DNA from: Asterionella formosa
Taxonomy: Eukaryota
Direction: 5' to 3'
Assembly: GCA_002256025.1 (NCBI GenBank)
Contig: NKIB01014611.1
Coordinates: forward strand, 1 to 42,053
DNA: 42,053 bases
Every line of letters begins with the position of its first letter. Position 1 is the stretch's first letter. The position numbers and the translations under genes are program-made. Below, in pieces: positions 11,354 through 23,385 of this stretch. The notes beneath the pieces were generated by a model, which was given only the letters and a program-made list of their open reading frames with translations, ran no database searches and had not been told where the DNA came from.

Positions 11354-13105
11354 AACAGGCACATTGAAGGAGCAGTAGAAACATCAACATAAATGTGCAT
11401 CTAGTTCATGTGTGTTGAATTTTCGGAAACTTCGTATTCCCATATTGCATGCTTTGTTCAATGACATTACAGGTGTATGATGCTTTGTTTCTGATTAATG
11501 GAAAAACCTTTAAAATGACAGTCATGGACAGTATAGCATGATGAGAAACACATTGCAATTTCAAACCACAGAATGAAAAGTGGCAAAAGGTGCATTTGGA
11601 ATTGTGCACCCAATCAAGAATGGAAAGTACAAATTTTCAGCCATGGTTGCAAATGCACAGACTAACAAGGTAGATGGAAATACTGGTTTGATACATCCAG
11701 GAAAAGAACATCTACAAAATTAACCTGAAAAATGTGCAACTGACATTTTTTAATCTACCACTATTACCGCAGTACTTTATTAACATTCCAAATTTTCGTT
11801 AGATTGTGTCTACTATCAAAAGGTAGGAACATGGATAGACAACTCCATATAACCTTTGCCTCAAAACATACAGAACAAAATATAACAGGAATCAAAGTGC
11901 TAGTTATGTTTACGCAAGAATAATCCAGTATTGGGCCAGCAAAGCTCGTGGACAAAAAGGAGAGCAAATGCTATACTAGATTGTATCTTCTTTCCTAGAT
12001 TCTAGCAAGTTATAGATCTAGAAATTGTTGTTCCATTCAAATTTGAATGAGTAACAAAGGTCGTCAAATAGGTTGGGAATCATAGAAAGGAATCAGAGAG
12101 GAAGAAATTTTATTCATATTGAGACTGATTGATTTTGGGTGGGATCAATTTTTTATCAAGAATAACTTGAAGGCTCCAAATCCTTGGAAAATTCAGAACT
12201 ATCAATATACTCTGTCAGCAATGGATAGAAGCATCACAAAATGAGTTGTACAATGATAACAGGTCACAATTTCTGGGAAGCTCAATTATTTGCATTATTT
12301 CTTTGTTGCACCATTGAGATTCCCCTTACAGTGCTATTATAATGAATTTGATCGCCAAGTACTAGGCAAAGTGATTTTGGGTGTTTCAAAAATTGTAGCT
12401 TCCATATTATCCTTCAGCACTCCTGAAGCTACAGTTGTGGTTGGGCATGCCCATTTGAATGAAATATAGATGAGAATAAGAAAAGGGAAATTGGGAAGCT
12501 TTGAAATAAACAGATCGCCTTCTGAAAGAAAAGGAGGCTACCAATAAAAATTTTTAAGCCATAGACAATTCTGTCACCCAATCTGTGATGCAGTTTGTAT
12601 GCTGATCTTGGTTAGTCTTCAGTTTGCCCTACAATACAAAAAGTTGCACTAACCATAGCTTTTATGACAGGAAGAGGTGATGGCCAGCGAGGATAACGAA
12701 CTACTGTCAATATCAGTAGAATACCTCTACATTGGGGGAGAAGGGATAATTTAAGCTAATCCTCATAATTCTTTTTTGTGGCTTGACTTTGTTGTTGATA
12801 CAATGGCTTGGACCTTTCAATTGCCACATAATTACTCTGCTTTGCTGTAGAGTTTCTCAGCCAGAACAGGAAAATATTATGACTTCGCACTTCATGGGAT
12901 TATCCTAGTCAGCTGTGCTAAAACCCACCAAACTGGGCTTAAATCTGCCTTGCATCGCAGATTATCCTTGGCTTGGTTTCTGCTTTGAATTTGAGAATAC
13001 TGCATACATCATAATGCTAGTATGAGACTTACAGTTAAATCCAGCCAAATCAATTCCATTCTCATATCAGCACAGTACTCTCTCTCCATAAAATACTCGT
13101 AAAAA

Positions 13106-15115
13106 TCATTTGTCAAGATTACTGAGAAGGTCTGTTTCGTGTTTTTCAGATTTTATAATGGTACTGGATGCAGGGTCACCGGGATTTTCAGACGGCTTTG
13201 ATGAGCCAAACAAGAATCGTAATGGAATAAAGGCAACATGGAAGGGGAATAAAATGACAAAGTTTGCTGTCCGCCATATAGCCTTTCGAAAAAACAATGC
13301 CAAAATAGTAAGAAGAATTTGAACAAAGAGGTTCACAGCCTCTCGAGGCTTTCGGCACTGCTGGTTTGTGTATTCAATAACAAGTACTGGGGCATTGTAA
13401 TTCTTCAGCTCGCGACGGGCATGAGAACAAATCAGTTTGAACTCATTGACCAATCTCCTCTGTACCCAAGCTGCACCATCACCAACCCTTTTCATGACAG
13501 CCCTGATCTGTATGCCCGTTAACTTTATCAAGGGCCTCAAATGATTTTCTTGAAAAGGCCTGAAATGCTTGTCTACGTGCTCCTTTAAGATTTTATCATA
13601 CATCTCACGGGTCTTTTGGCAAAGTTTGTCAACGTATTGCTTTAAATGCTCGTTGTATAGCTCACGCGTCTTTTCTAGGTGAGACTCCGATGCCTGTTTC
13701 ATAAACTTGGTAGCGTGACCGGTGATCGCACCCACCTTCCCTGTTGCCATTGTGGCAGCGGTGATCATTGCTGCAGTTGTTTCTTCATGAATGTAAGTAA
13801 AGTTACAGAATGATCTTGATCTATACAATTGCTCCCAATTGGCAAGCTCCTGAGGAAATCTATGAGATGACGGTTTGAACGAACGACGTGAAAGTAGAAA
13901 ATAAGTACTTACCAATGAAGCATCACTAAGACGCTTGTCGAGCCTCTTGTTCCTTTTCTCTAAACCATCGACCTTTGTTTGAAGAGATGCTTTCGACGCT
14001 GTAAGTGTAGAAACTAATTGGGCGTGAATGGAATTGGTTTCCTTCAAAGTTAACTCCGCATTCCTCTTGGCTTCAGCGAGTGCTTCACTGGCTTTATGTT
14101 TTGCAACATCCAAGTCTTTCTTCGCGCTATCCTCTAGTCTCTCGATGATCTTCTTCAAATTCGAAATTTCCCTTTCATGTTGTGCTTGCAAACTATATAA
14201 TGATGCTTCTTTCTCAGCAGTCAGTTTGATGATCATTTCTTCGTTTTCACTCTTGACTGTCGCAAGGAACTCAGCTGCATCTTTTTTGATGTTTGCGATA
14301 AGAGAATCCTTCATTTCGTGCTCGTCTTCGTGCTTTATAATGAGTTCCTTAATTCGCGATGCTGTTGCCTTCTGCAAATCCTCTATCTCCTGTTTCGCAA
14401 GCTCTTGTACATCTTTGATATCGCGGGCCATTTGAGCTACCGTTTGAGAATGGGCCTGCTCCATGGTGAGGACCAATTGTTGGTTTTGCTGATGAGCTTC
14501 GGCGATCTTATTTTGTGCATCATTATTCAGTTGAATCTGAATAGATTCCCATTCAGCCTTGGCGGCTTCCATGGCAGCATCGGTAGCCGCTTGAATGTTC
14601 TTAACTTCATCCTTCAAGCCCTCGATCGCCTTGACGGAGTCTCTTAAAGCAGAATTGAGATGTTCTTCTGCATCCTTTGTCATCTTATCAACAATTATTT
14701 CATATTTTCGCGTAGTAGATTTCTGTACTTCTTCACTGTTATGTCTCCAGAATTCTAGCTCGTTGGTCGTGCTCGCCAAAGTCTTATTCATACTCGACAA
14801 CTCCTCTTCCAGTTTGGTTATCTGAGCCAAGGCCATAGTGTGGGCGGCTAAAACTTCATCACGCCTGACCTCTGCATGAGCCTTTTGCTCGTTGGCCAAA
14901 ACAAGAGACTTGGCCATTATAGAATCACAAGTCAATGCTGCATGTCCCACCGCTTCTTGCTCCTTGGTCACCTCGGTGACTGTCCCAGTCGAGGCATCAT
15001 CATGTGCGGCCATTGCTCGCTGTTCTCTCATTCCTCCAACTAATTTACGAACATCGATCCCATGTGCCATATTGGCACTTACGATGAGAGTGAACACGAG
15101 CGCTTTCATCGCCAT
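13106..15115 (-). CDS. Uncharacterised protein with signal peptide, long coiled coil and C-terminal hydrophobic segments; ~648 aa if intron 13912-13850 is spliced
   Basis: 2-kb ORF. MAMKALVFTLIVSANMAHG signal-like start, E/K/A-rich heptads, hydrophobic LFVQILLTILALFF and FVILFPFHVAFIPL. Internal GTAAGT...CTCAG 63-nt intron candidate. Confidence 0.8.
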   Translation of the reverse strand: MAMKALVFTLIVSANMAHGIDVRKLVGGMREQRAMAAHDDASTGTVTEVTKEQEAVGHAALTCDSIMAKSLVLANEQKAHAEVRRDEVLAAHTMALAQITKLEEELSSMNKTLASTTNELEFWRHNSEEVQKSTTRKYEIIVDKMTKDAEEHLNSALRDSVKAIEGLKDEVKNIQAATDAAMEAAKAEWESIQIQLNNDAQNKIAEAHQQNQQLVLTMEQAHSQTVAQMARDIKDVQELAKQEIEDLQKATASRIKELIIKHEDEHEMKDSLIANIKKDAAEFLATVKSENEEMIIKLTAEKEASLYSLQAQHEREISNLKKIIERLEDSAKKDLDVAKHKASEALAEAKRNAELTLKETNSIHAQLVSTLTASKASLQTKVDGLEKRNKRLDKRLSDASLVSTYFLLSRRSFKPSSHRFPQELANWEQLYRSRSFCNFTYIHEETTAAMITAATMATGKVGAITGHATKFMKQASESHLEKTRELYNEHLKQYVDKLCQKTREMYDKILKEHVDKHFRPFQENHLRPLIKLTGIQIRAVMKRVGDGAAWVQRRLVNEFKLICSHARRELKNYNAPVLVIEYTNQQCRKPREAVNLFVQILLTILALFFRKAIWRTANFVILFPFHVAFIPLRFLFGSSKPSENPGDPASSTIIKSEKHETDLLSNLDK

Positions 15116-15564
15116 GGTGAACAAGAATGAAATGAGTTAGAAAGTGTTGAGATTTTACGATGTTTTTCTCGTCGAAGCATTTTCGTGTTAGTAACGGCTG
15201 TCTGACTGGCTGACGGTGAGCAATGCGCCATGTGGCAGAGATTTCTGTGGTGACGGATAAAATCATAACCTTTACGACAGGTAGAGCTATTATGTATATT
15301 CCCTCTTTTCCGATATAGTTGCAAACTAACTTACCCCGGTAGGTCACTGCCTCACATGAAGCACAACCTCCAATAATTCTCCATCTAGTAACCCCTCCTA
15401 ATTGAAAATTATTTCAGAACATATTGGTTTATATAATATATATATTCTAACTGGTCTAGAACTAGTAGCTAGGTGAACCTGACTCGTTTTCCTTGGCGCT
15501 TTTTTCGTAAACTCGTGCCCTGATCGGAAATGTTTGCTCTGGACCCCCCCCCCCCCATTTTCAT

Positions 15565-16070
15565 GGACCCTTCGTTAGTCGATAGACATTAGAAGAGGGA
15601 TTTAACACCATAACAGCGACAATACAACATTGTTGATTGTTCACTTCGCAACCTCAAAAGGGACGACATCAGAGGCAATGAAATGGATGACAGACTCATA
15701 GTAAATCCGGGTGTTCACCTCCAGTTGGCTAAAAATTCGATGTCAGAAGAACCACAATTTATTGTATTTGGAAGGGCGTGCTCTCATCGTTCACAAATGT
15801 TGAAACCAATCCATGTAAAGCAAAACAAGTATGCTGGCTAGCGAAATTCAAGTTAATTCAATAGCCCTAAATGGTCTGATCCACAGCCATGTATCGCTAT
15901 GTAGTGTTATAATCGCCTAAATATACAAATTTAACCGAGATACCCGTAGCCTGCATCTTCTTGCGTAGAAAATTTAAGTTTCTTCTACAGAGGGCTTCTT
16001 TGAATGATGTGGATCGAGCCGGGTTAGTCGCAGAGCGTGTTGCAACTATACTGGAACAGAGGGAGTACAT
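15565..16070 (+). repeat. Decayed dispersed repeat, copy 1 (inverted copy at 27660-28155); probable transposon relic
   Basis: Both copies translate similarly: IPVACI...LLQRASLNDVDRAGLVAERVATILEQREY here, versus IPVACI...LQQRAFLNDVDRAGLVAERVATMLEQGEY. Confidence 0.85.
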
Positions 16071-17964
16071 AATTACCATTATGTACCACCTACACAGTGA
16101 ATCATTTTGACAATGTGCATTGAGGGACCTATGGATGTCCTGCTACCACCTAAAACCTGCTTTGAGCCTCTAAATCATCAATAAGTATGACTAAATACTG
16201 AAATATTCATTTCAATCATTGTAGATGCTCCAGATGTTCATGAGAGGTGGGGGATTGTGATTGGACAAACAATTCAACCAGATTCCATTGACAACGGAAG
16301 ATTCGCTACAAAGGCGAGGGGCTGTGCTGTTGAATTACTTAATTATTAAGTCATTAAAATCTCTTGCACGCCATTTTAATGCCATTGCTTCGTGGACTGT
16401 CGAGCAAATTATAATGGGGACACCCGTGGAAGTGTAGGCTCGAGAAAATACCATCCTTGCACGTAAGTGTTTCTAAATGCACAACGGGTTACTCAGGTGA
16501 ACACGTGATTATTGTTTAAAATCTATAAAATCAGTAATCACTTATATCAATGATAGAATATTTTCCTAAATAAATTTTAAAAGACCATTTTTGTTTACTC
16601 AAAAGAATATCGAAAATTATAATCAATTTTTGTTTTATCATCGATTGGGGTTTGTTTCATGACTTACTGGTACAATGTCATACCTAAATGATGTTACTAT
16701 GCTTAGACATGCTCAACGCATGCATGCTGTACTTACGATACCTCCAAAAAACTGAAAGGCATCCTTATTTTACCCTGGTAGTGGTGATTTTGAGTGGTAT
16801 TCCCTGGTTCTTGTGCTTTCTTTTTTAAGCGGTGGTTTCCCCATGATTGATAGCTTAGGAAGTGGTGGTTATTCCTTGATTTCCATGTCTTCCATGATTC
16901 TACTAGCCTCGGTTCGATCTGAATGTTTAATGTACTATAAGGCAGCAGCTTTTTCCAATGCTGTATCGATTTCCATTGCCCTAGTTCTATGTGTAGCTTC
17001 GGTTCTGGTTGGGGGAGGTGGCTTGTTGCTTGCTTGTTGAATCCTTTCGCCGCTTTGCTGTCATTCTTGCTTGTGGCCTCTAACCATGCTGTGGTTTCCT
17101 GTGCTGCTATAGCGGTTGAATGCTTTTTCTTTGTGTCCGTTGGGAAATGCGATGTTTCTAATAGGTCACTTGCTGTAGTCTTGATTTCTTCGTTTACTCC
17201 TGTAATGGTCTTCTTTGTCTTCCTACAGTTGTTTGGAAATGAATGGTCTGATGCTTCATCTTTTTTCGCTTGTTACTACCATATCTGTGACTTTTGCCAC
17301 CAATTGCTGTGTATCGCGTAAGTTTTCACCGATAAAATAACCGTTAACATGCCAGCGCAAACCATTTAATTTATCTTGTTGATTGGAAAATCAACATCAG
17401 CTTCACAGTTCATCATGAAAACACCATTGGTGCAATCATTTGACCTAATGGTTTCTATGATCCAAATTCTAGCCAACCACCTTTTTTGCAAGACCTTTTA
17501 TCATAGTACTATGATGGTGTCGTTGTAGTCATATTAGCAGTCATAGCTTTAGCCATGGCTGGAAGAGATCAATAACTCTTTTTTCCTTCCTATATATTGA
17601 CGAATATTCTTTTACATTGTAGATTCGTAAATTCTTACTCAATTTTAATAGACATATCTATAAATTTTTTTCAATTGGATTGTTCATACTATGATATAGT
17701 AGACCTCAAGGCACAGCGATTTGTGTGTCATTTTGATGGAGAAATGGAGAAATGGCCAATTATCAAAATGGTCAATGTGTTGTCGAGTCTCACAGTAGTA
17801 CTGGTAGCGCATGTACACAGAGGCTTGCGCTTGTTGGTCACAGCATGATGCATTTGTTTTATCATTAAATTCCGATTACTTTTTTAGGCTACGCATATGC
17901 AAATTACTGCTCAGATATATTTAGATGTTTGTCACTGGCCTGTCGCCGCTAACGATCCATGTTA

Positions 17965-19435
17965 CACCATGATACACTGTGATACAAATTAGTGATACAG
18001 TGTCAAGTTTGGAATGAATGAAGATCAAATTCAAATCGAGCTACTGTTACTGATGTATTTTCAAGAAAAATTCAAATGAAGTGATGAACAATGAAAAATG
18101 ATAAGAACGGCCATTTAAGCCATAGTATGCATAGCGAAAGAAATCCAAACGAGTGGCGCAAGAAAGATCTTGACTGGTCATTCCAGGGCGATTCCCGTTC
18201 CAGCTATTGTCTTGCCATTCGGGTACTTCTAAGAATTTTTTAAGGTTTATATAATTTGTTTAGTAATTTTTTTTCAGGGGCAATATGGGGCACATCGAAT
18301 TTTTCGGCATTAAAATTGCCGATTTTATCATGACAGCCAGAATAACGGTGATATGCATAGAAATGGTACAACAAGCGTAAAACACACGAGAATGATTGTA
18401 ACATGATGCAACATCAATGAAAAATGAACATGATGTTTGGAGCAACGATGTGATACACACCGTCAAATGAGAAACAGATATTATTGTCTTTGGATAGAAA
18501 TGAAGTAAAAAATAGGAGTTTCAATGGCAATGTATGTATTGTGACATTGCAGTACTTTCACATGCAATTGACTCTCTATCATCACACAATCAAAGACCGA
18601 AATAAGAAGAAAAAATCTGAAACCAATTTAGACCTGCATCGTTATGTAGCGTAAATGATCTGGTTGCTGCAACCATTCACATCGCTGTAGTAGCAGCCTG
18701 ACACCAGTAGTAGCAGTCTTTCCGGTACAGTCATCATTCCTCCCACCAAACAACCCTGATCATTCCATTCTGAGCGAGCGTGATTGCGAGGCTGCTCCAG
18801 CACTATCAAATCCCTCTAGGTGAGTATTGTTACATAGCTTGTGATACGAAATCATAGTATAAAGGTAGCAAAGCGTGTTAGTACAAAAAAAGCATTGCTT
18901 GGCGGCAATATTGACATCATGGTCAACGACTGTACAGATCAACAAATAAGATCAACAACAATTCATCTTCAAAGAGTAGGCATTGATACATACGTTGGCC
19001 CTTGCGTAGATAGTTACAATCGAATCAAAACGATAGTGCGGAACAAGAAACAACGATGGACGCGATCAAAATGGACCATGGAAGCAATTAAATCGGAAAT
19101 TTGACAATTGTATCTACAATCACATCAGTGTTTCACTGTTGCACTCACCAATCCGCTCTAACAAGCATAACACGCAGCAGACAATCATGGGCTCAAAAGA
19201 AAGTCGAAAGTTCCTGTTGCAAGCCCAAATTGAGTAATGGCAGGCAGGATAGAGTGAGAATTATAATTGTGAGGATGAGGATCGGCATGGTGAAAGGTGA
19301 ATTGCAGGTGTCCACTTTTCAGGAGACGAACAAAAACGAGGTGAATTCTAGATTTAAATTATCGAAATCTGTTAAGTGTTGCCTTCAGAAGTACTTGAGA
19401 GCGCGCTAGGAAGAAGTACCATAAATTTTAACAGC
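17965..19435 (+). repeat. Decayed repeat block with segments matching 39005-39200 and 41895-41990
   Basis: AATGA(A/C)AAAATGATAAGAA(C/T)GGCC is shared with ~39175. AGAAAGATCTTGAC(T/C)GGTCATTCCAGGGC and GAGCGCGCTAG...CCATA(A/T)ATTT(T/C)AACA are shared with 41913-41990. Confidence 0.7.
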
Positions 19436-19439
19436 TCGG

Positions 19440-19505
19440 CACCGTACCAGGTACCAGGGGGTACCACCCCTGGTGGCTGATGGGACAGGACACGTACCCG
19501 GTAAC
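19440..19505. repeat. GGTACC cluster with hairpin just upstream of the JmjC-like gene
   Basis: GTACCAGGTACCAGGGGGTACCACCCCTGGT; 8-bp stem 19453-19460 with 19467-19474. Confidence 0.85.
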
Positions 19506-19573
19506 CTAGTAGTTTTTGTCGCCTTCGTCTGGTTTAACAGAAAAATTATGCGACTCGCCCCTTTGCTTCGACC

Positions 19574-20863
19574 ATGACAATGACCGAAATACCCATCAAC
19601 GATCCCTTTGCTCCTATAAATATTGATTCAAAGTTCTCAGATGATGATCTGTTTCAGCGTTTCCGAGAAACAGGATATTTGTGGCTCAACAAGATGAGAG
19701 CGAAGCGAACCTCCAACACAAGTAATAACATTCATTCATTTCTACATCGACACGCCGCCACGTGTCGAACGCACTGGTCTGTGGAGAATCGAGGGGACTA
19801 CGAAACAGAACAACAATTGATGGAGCCAACGTCCATAAAGGACTTGGTAGATAGATTTTATGTCTCTACCATTATTCACAAGACAGACGTGCTGGCACTT
19901 GAAGATCTCCTCGCCTTGACACTTCCTCGCCCCCCACTACCAACTGCAATACACAATGGAGGAGCTTGGCTTTTTGTTGGAAAGACGAAATGCTCTGGTG
20001 GAAACTCGAAACGCAAGCGGTCTTTGTATGCAATGATTGGACGGGCGGAACATGTGGACGACGTAACTCATTCCGGCACTTGGCACTACCAACAATCAGG
20101 CGACAAAGTGTGGTACATACGACCCAATAAGACGTTGTGGGATTTAGGTGAAGTTCCAGACATCAGTAAATCTAGTTTAGCCGAGCAAACGGAAAAATTA
20201 ACTTGGCGATTGAAAGTGAAGGTTCAAGAAGGGGACATCTTTATTCTCAATACGCGCATTTGGTTTCACCACACTGAATTGGAAGAATCTAACAGCGATT
20301 GGTCCATAAGTATTGCACGAGATTTCTATCTACCGCTTCCTTGTCCACAGAATACAAAAGAAGGGGACATTATTTTGGAAGAGGACGATATACCTACTGA
20401 CATTCCTCGTAGTGATGCACCAAATTGTGCCCTCGCCGAAGTCGAATTCGACGAGACCGGGGAGTGCAGTATCGTACTGATTGCCATTTCCGATGGCATT
20501 AAAAAGGGCGATACTCTATTTATTGCCGAAGATAATGTTGAAGGAGAGTATAATGGAGCTGAATCGATAGACCCTAGAGCTTTGGCTGTTGAGTGTTTTG
20601 GAGTAGGCGATGTCGTACTTCGCGGTGAAGAAATCCCAGATGACTTACCTAGAAGCTTGGACCCAACCTGCGCGCTCGTTTTGGACCAAAAAGATGAAGC
20701 AATTCTTCGGGCACTGGTACCTATCGAACCGGGCCATGTATTTTCGATCTTGCCAGATGATGGTGAAGACTACGACGAAGTAGAAGTTGCTCTTGAAACC
20801 GGGGAATTAAAAAGATGTGATGCAATTATCTACCGTGATGAAAGCAGATCATCTGATTTTTGA
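19574..20863 (+). CDS. JmjC/cupin-like Fe(II)-2OG oxygenase with two C-terminal SET-like modules, 429 aa, intronless
   Basis: GRAEHVD (HxD), TWHYQQSGDKVWYIRP and EGDIFILNTRIWFHHT (distal His). Duplicated module GD.IL..EEIP.D.PRS..P.CAL...L.A...I..G.. Confidence 0.8.
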   Translation: MTMTEIPINDPFAPINIDSKFSDDDLFQRFRETGYLWLNKMRAKRTSNTSNNIHSFLHRHAATCRTHWSVENRGDYETEQQLMEPTSIKDLVDRFYVSTIIHKTDVLALEDLLALTLPRPPLPTAIHNGGAWLFVGKTKCSGGNSKRKRSLYAMIGRAEHVDDVTHSGTWHYQQSGDKVWYIRPNKTLWDLGEVPDISKSSLAEQTEKLTWRLKVKVQEGDIFILNTRIWFHHTELEESNSDWSISIARDFYLPLPCPQNTKEGDIILEEDDIPTDIPRSDAPNCALAEVEFDETGECSIVLIAISDGIKKGDTLFIAEDNVEGEYNGAESIDPRALAVECFGVGDVVLRGEEIPDDLPRSLDPTCALVLDQKDEAILRALVPIEPGHVFSILPDDGEDYDEVEVALETGELKRCDAIIYRDESRSSDF

Positions 20864-22091
20864 TGCACACGCCCAGATTATGTTTGCAAATTATTTTCAG
20901 AGAGCTAGTAAGGGATCAGACCATTTCCAGAAGTTTTGATTTTCTGTGACGAAGGATTAGCCCGTCAATCCACCAGTAGTCATTGCAATTGTCTCGGCAC
21001 CGCGGCCAAATGACCCTCTTTGGCAAAATCTCAGTTGACGATTAGCAAAGTTGTTGCATATCCGCTCATTTCGATGATCTGACTTTGGTATCAAATTTCA
21101 CGTTTCTTTGAAGAATTTATCTTATGCTGTGGTATACTGCATGCCTTCTGGGACTTGTTTTTGGAAAAACGTGCGTGGCTGCAGCCATGCCCTTTCGTTA
21201 CAAGGAGAACCTATATTATTATTATTGTTACCATCTTTTCTCAGGCTAGCTTTCTTCTTGTCATGGATTTAGCCACGAGTATAACATCTCCATTGCATTT
21301 ATTTCTACTCCAACCAAATCGATAAAAAATGTGCAGCTGCACCTCAAGGTGTGGTCAGTCTTTGGTTCGAGGGACATAGCAAATTCAATGAGAGAGACAT
21401 TGTGTCGTTTTGCAACTCTCGTGTTGACCAACAGTTTCCAGCACCAGATGTAGTTGTTTGGTCTTCCATCAACTATGAAAAGGCCGCTCAAAAGTAACTC
21501 GAGAATTGGTCCATTTAATTTCATTCATACACCATCATATGCCAATGCAGGGCTAGGGGAGTTGTACATGTAGTGTAGCAACACAGTTTTCATGACTGAA
21601 TCCAAGCAATCACTATAGCTGCAATCTTAAATTCATTCCTTCTTTCGGTACCCAATCAATGTGATGTTGTAAGATTTTGCATTTAGAATCCACGGTAACA
21701 TCAACAGAGCCTTCTTTAGGTACCAATTGGCAAGTGCAAGACGGCCAGAATCTTGAGGGGCAATATAGTTTTGAGGCCAGTCAGGAGGACGCGAATTGTC
21801 ATTCCTAGTTTTCTCGCTTTCACTGTGCAGTACCATGAAGTAGTGAACAGACGCGTATGACAATATTCCAAACATCAAAGGGAGCCACTCTGCAGTTTTC
21901 ATAACAAATTCACTGGATGGTAATCTTGCTGCCTGACGATATGAAAAAAAGACAAGGGTGTAGACTTACAACTTACATGAACAAAAATTGACATTTTAGA
22001 CATTCTTATAAATATGATTACAAGACTGTAAAAAACTAGGATGATGCAAGCCTCTGACGATTTCATGGCCACTCCTGTATTCCTGGATGGG

Positions 22092-22577
22092 CTATCTAGC
22101 TTCTCGCTTCTCTGGTTCTGATGACATGCTTTCCAATCCTTGAACATTAGGCCAGTCCCTCCACTTGGGGGCAAGATTTCGGACATCTTTCACATCCTTG
22201 ATTCCAGTCAGAAAAGCTCCGATCTGGTCCAATTCACGGTCGGCAGGGTCGTCAATAAACGACGAGCAATCAATCGCATTTTCGGGATGAAATATGTAGG
22301 AACTAGGGGAGTTGTCCACAATAATAGCCTGGGTCAAATCTCTGTCTATCAGACTCATGTCTTTGACATAGTTTCCTTCGTAGTAGACACAGGATTCACG
22401 GAAAAGTCGAGCTCGGATAACGCGCTGAGGATCTAGGAGATCTAAAAGTGGATCCGCGTATTTGTTCAGACTGGCAGTGTACACAACAATCTCGTAGTGT
22501 TTTGACATTTCAACGAGAAACTTATCGACACCTGGTCTTTTGGCGACATAGACAAAGTGGACAACGTCTTCGATCTG

Positions 22578-22611
<34 letters not shown>

Positions 22612-23385
22612 TTTTTTTATTTTTTTTTTTGGGGNNNNNNNNNNNNCCCCGCGCCCCCCCGCCCCGCCCCGCACGCGGGGATGAGATGTAAATTACTAGA
22701 TAGTGTGACGGTAACGCTTGCCGCAAATATATATACGTACTTGTACTGGAATGACAAAATCAGCACCAGACACTGCTCGGAAGCTTGAGTGTACCAGCGT
22801 CTCATCTAAATCCAACACCAAGCATTTCTTCCCGACATCATCTGGATGATGCGCTGGTAGGAGCTTGATTCGATTTTCTTCCTTGTCTTCAGTCGCAGCA
22901 ATTGTCGGTGAAGGTGGGTCAAGTTCATCTTTAGAATGGTTTCGTCCATCTTTAGCGACAACAGCAGTGTTTTCATCAGGAAGCAGGCAACAGCACATTA
23001 AACGAATGCTGTCCAGCAGTGTTTCACAAGGATCGACATCGATATGATCATCATCAGGTTCACCCGCTGGTTCATCCTTTTTATGGGCAGATTCAATTGC
23101 GGCAGCTGATCGAGGTGTTGATGCATTGCCATAGCGGTCAGTTTGCGTTATAAAATCCGGCACAGGAGCTCCTTCCGAAGCATGTCTCGGGGTCTTCTCC
23201 GCGCCAGGAGAGCGCAAATCAGACGACCCTCTTACTCCAACAGGAGTGGTCGAAACAGTGGGCGTCGACTTCATGGTCTGCGGAGTTCCATTTTGTTGTT
23301 TCGCGGATTTCAAGTCCTGCGTGTTAACTTTCAAAGACGGCTTTCTTCTCGAAGACTCCCCGGAATCCGAGGCTTGATCTACCAT
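22092..23385 (-). CDS. CTDSP: Small CTD phosphatase (SCP/Psr1-like, NIF/FCP1 HAD domain), 375 aa; exons 23385-22741 and 22574-22092
   Basis: [14 protein letters not shown] (DxDxT), [44 protein letters not shown] cluster before the domain. GTACGT...AACAG intron 22740-22575. Start codon uncertain because the frame is open further upstream. Confidence 0.93.
22579..22680. other. Poly-G/poly-T tract and 12-N gap inside the phosphatase intron; low-quality sequence
   Basis: A run of ~30 G, T runs, N at 22635-22646 and a C-rich stretch. Confidence 0.85.

Noticed and set aside
19399..19409. Helitron 3' end at GAGCGCGCTAG
   Set aside because: No separate GC hairpin upstream of the CTAG, and similarity with the 41.9-kb copy continues past it.
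22579..22680. G-quadruplex-forming intron element
   Set aside because: Adjacent to an N gap and homopolymer runs; probably low-quality sequence.
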